Of a stretch of 64,000 bases of DNA, positions 62,239 through 64,000 are shown in pieces. The notes below the pieces were generated by a model that was given only the letters and a program-made list of their open reading frames with translations, did not search any database and was not told the origin of the DNA. A program made the position numbers and the translations under genes. Each line of letters opens with the position of its first letter. Within the stretch, counting starts at the first letter, position 1. Source of the DNA: Candidatus Colwellbacteria bacterium (lineage in GTDB: Bacteria; Patescibacteriota; Minisyncoccia; UBA6257; Colwellbacteraceae); NCBI GenBank assembly GCA_016176525.1, contig JACOWZ010000003.1, positions 537,925 to 601,924 on the forward strand. The letters are read 5' to 3'.

Positions 62239-62952
62239 CTAATCACTAATTGCAACGTATGTTGCAATTATTGCTGCTGTTTCGGCGCGCAAAGTTAGTT
62301 TGCCTAAACTCACAATCTTAAACCCTGCTTCTTTCGCGGCTGTGAGCTCCGATTCGTCCCAACCGCCTTCTGGGCCAACCCAGAGATTAAGTTTTAAGTT
62401 TTTAGTTTTTAGTTTTAAGTCATTTATGGGCTCGCCAGATATATCAAAAAGGGTGTTATGATTAATCATAACACCACCTGCGTTTTTTACAGCCTCATTA
62501 AAAGAGATCACTTCGTGAATCTTAGGGACAACCGCGCGGCCAGACTGCTCGGCCGCCTCTTTAGCAATGATTCGCAAGCGCTCCAGATTAAGGTTTAGTT
62601 TAACCGTGCGCTTTGCAACAATCGGAACAATTTCTTTTATGCCGACTTCTGTTGTTTTTTGCACAACTAACTCGAAATTATCTCTTTTTAAAACCGAGCA
62701 ATAAAGAGTGATATCCGCCTCCGACTCTGATTTATTTTGGGAAATTTCGAGAACTTTAAACATAATAAAACCGTTGCCAAAATCCTGAATTTCAGCTACG
62801 GCCTCGCAAGATGCGCCGTCTCCCAAAACCAGCTTATCACCTATGCGAAGGCGCAATACGTTTCGAATCTGTTTTACAACATCCTCGTCGGATACTCTTA
62901 ATAATTTTCCAGACTCGAGAGTTTCGTTAATAATAAATCTATGGAGTTTCAT
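62239..62952 (-). CDS. rsmE: 16S rRNA (uracil1498-N3)-methyltransferase RsmE. It carries both repeat families in frame just before the conserved GPEGG motif.
   Basis: MKLHRFIINE...(PUA-like N-terminus)...WVGPEGGWDESE (RsmE GPEGGF/W motif). The segment GVMINHNTLFDISGEPINDLKLKTKNLKLNL is encoded by the repeats at 62388-62475. Confidence 0.75.
   Translation of the reverse strand: MKLHRFIINETLESGKLLRVSDEDVVKQIRNVLRLRIGDKLVLGDGASCEAVAEIQDFGNGFIMFKVLEISQNKSESEADITLYCSVLKRDNFELVVQKTTEVGIKEIVPIVAKRTVKLNLNLERLRIIAKEAAEQSGRAVVPKIHEVISFNEAVKNAGGVMINHNTLFDISGEPINDLKLKTKNLKLNLWVGPEGGWDESELTAAKEAGFKIVSLGKLTLRAETAAIIATYVAISD
62388..62421. repeat. TAGTTT(T/G)TAGTT repeat family, copy D (TAAGTTTTAAGTTTTTAGTTTTTAGTTTTAAGTC). 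It lies inside rsmE, 30 bp from P24 copy 4.
   Basis: Seen directly in the sequence. It encodes DLKLKTKNLKLN. Confidence 0.6.
62452..62475. repeat. Palindromic repeat family P24, copy 4. It lies in frame inside rsmE.
   Basis: Seen directly in the sequence. It encodes GVMINHNT. Confidence 0.75.
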
Positions 62953-63704
62953 TGTGACAATTTAATGGCCTTAATCATCATAAATATTGGGAACTCCTTG
63001 CGGGCTCTGTCCTCTGCTTTGGAACGCGGGCCTGGCTCGCTTACTTTGTGCGAAATCCATTCTTCAAGCTCGGCGACCATAAAACCGGCATTCCTAATCG
63101 CCTTAAAATAAACCTGAAGCGAGCGGTGGAATGAAATCGTTGTTTCCTTCGGGCGCTCTCCCGGATGCATTTGCATTTTCACCTTACTATCCGTCATATA
63201 CTCATCAATGCGGCGATACTGAATATTATTCTCATTATCCCACCCCCACGAGCTCTTCTTTGGGATTCTGAATGCAGGATGGTTCATCACTATAAAAATG
63301 GACCCCTCCGGCCCCAAAACCCTCGCACACTCTTTCAACATACCGGCAATGTTCTCAATGTTTTGAATCGCAAGGATAATGGCAACCTTGTCTATACTTT
63401 GGTTTTTTAAGAATTTAAGATTGTCTGCCGGCGCAACATGGAATTCTATATCTTTAGATGATTTTTCCCTTGCTAGGCTAATAAGCTCGCTTGAAATATC
63501 CGCCCCAACAACCGTTGCCCCGGCCTTATTAAACTCCTGTGCAAAAAAACCTTGGCCGCAGGCCAAGTCTAGCACAACGTCGCGCTGCGCAATGCCCATA
63601 GCCCTCATCAAATTCGGCAGAATCACGGCCTTTTGATAAGTATCCTCACCGCCTAAAAGATCATCATACCAAGACGCAAATTTTCCCCAAGAAGTCTGTT
63701 TCAT
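62949..63704 (-). CDS. Class I SAM-dependent methyltransferase
   Basis: Motif I VLDLACGQGFF. Post-I acidic residue VVGADIS. Motif II region KVAIILAIQNIENI. 251 aa. Confidence 0.7.
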   Translation of the reverse strand: MKQTSWGKFASWYDDLLGGEDTYQKAVILPNLMRAMGIAQRDVVLDLACGQGFFAQEFNKAGATVVGADISSELISLAREKSSKDIEFHVAPADNLKFLKNQSIDKVAIILAIQNIENIAGMLKECARVLGPEGSIFIVMNHPAFRIPKKSSWGWDNENNIQYRRIDEYMTDSKVKMQMHPGERPKETTISFHRSLQVYFKAIRNAGFMVAELEEWISHKVSEPGPRSKAEDRARKEFPIFMMIKAIKLSQ

Positions 63705-63706
63705 TA

Positions 63707-64000
63707 TTAATTCTTGCGAATTATATGGTTTTTTACATACTCCATATCGCCGTTAACTTTCTTGCGGGGATTAAAAATATTCTGCGGGTCAAAAATCTCC
63801 TTGACTCTTTTGAAAAGTTTATAAACCTCTTCTCCATACATCTTAGGCAAGTATGATGTGCGTATTAGCCCATCGTTATGCTCCCCGGTTATTGATCCCT
63901 TGTATTGAATAATCAGCTCTGTAACTTCGTCTAAAAGCCTAAAAATAATCTCCTTTGATTTTATATCATCCATATTCATAAGCGGAATTATATGGAAATT
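63707..64000 (-). CDS. FAD-linked oxidase (GlcD/D-lactate dehydrogenase-like) C-terminal domain. Partial: the 5' end is probably beyond the right edge of the window.
   Basis: YKGSITGEHNDGLIRTSYL...LFKRVKEIFDPQNIFNPRK matches FAD-oxidase_C signatures (GGxISGEHGxG...K..FDPxxILNPGK). The Met at 63979 is probably internal. Confidence 0.55.
   Translation of the reverse strand, partial: NFHIIPLMNMDDIKSKEIIFRLLDEVTELIIQYKGSITGEHNDGLIRTSYLPKMYGEEVYKLFKRVKEIFDPQNIFNPRKKVNGDMEYVKNHIIRKN

Noticed and set aside
1-64000. CRISPR arrays and cas genes
   Set aside because: No run of regularly spaced direct repeats was seen anywhere. The tandem repeats present are in-frame coding repeats (acidic tail, GYYQ block, GNVGIGTTSPG modules).

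Overview
This 64-kb window is AT-rich (estimated by eye at about 38-40% GC), gene-dense and mostly minus-strand coding. The gene content points to a reduced-genome bacterium, plausibly from the Candidate Phyla Radiation (Patescibacteria). That lineage assignment is an inference. The evidence for it is an archaeal-type AspRS, a standalone PurH N-domain, giant surface proteins and many small membrane proteins.

Housekeeping genes recognised by their motifs:
- aspS (partial at the left edge), mnmA, glmS, efp, secD, secF
- grpE, dnaK, dnaJ, recR, dnaB, cysS
- rplU, zwf, pgl, an FtsI-type PBP, ftsL-like, rsmH, mraZ
- rplL, rplJ, an RRM protein, a PduO-type adenosyltransferase, rsmE
- tRNA-Lys(UUU) and tRNA-Glu(CUC)

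Accessory content worth attention:
1. A defence island (5378-13045). It holds a membrane-anchored Mrr-like nuclease and a Type III restriction-modification operon. Three extra genes, one of them a ClpP-like serine protease, sit between mod and res.
2. A 638-aa protein (17082-18998) carrying motifs of both terpene-synthase classes, co-transcribed with a sensor histidine kinase. I rate this the best candidate for an undescribed system.
3. A GC-rich insert of about 2.3 kb (14114-16341) bracketed by a 69-bp direct repeat copied from inside trhO. It carries an HNH-like gene flanked by palindromes and an SPFH protein.
4. Two short repeat families that lie in frame inside conserved housekeeping genes. 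One is a 24-bp palindrome; the other is a (T)AGTTTTTAGTT motif.
5. An archaeal-type lipid cluster: PHP phosphoesterase, CarS/DUF46-like protein and CDP-alcohol phosphatidyltransferase.
6. Further GC-rich single-gene islands, one beside tRNA-Lys.
7. A cell-surface locus of about 9.4 kb with two giant secreted repeat proteins.

No CRISPR array, rRNA gene or recognisable transposase/integrase was seen.
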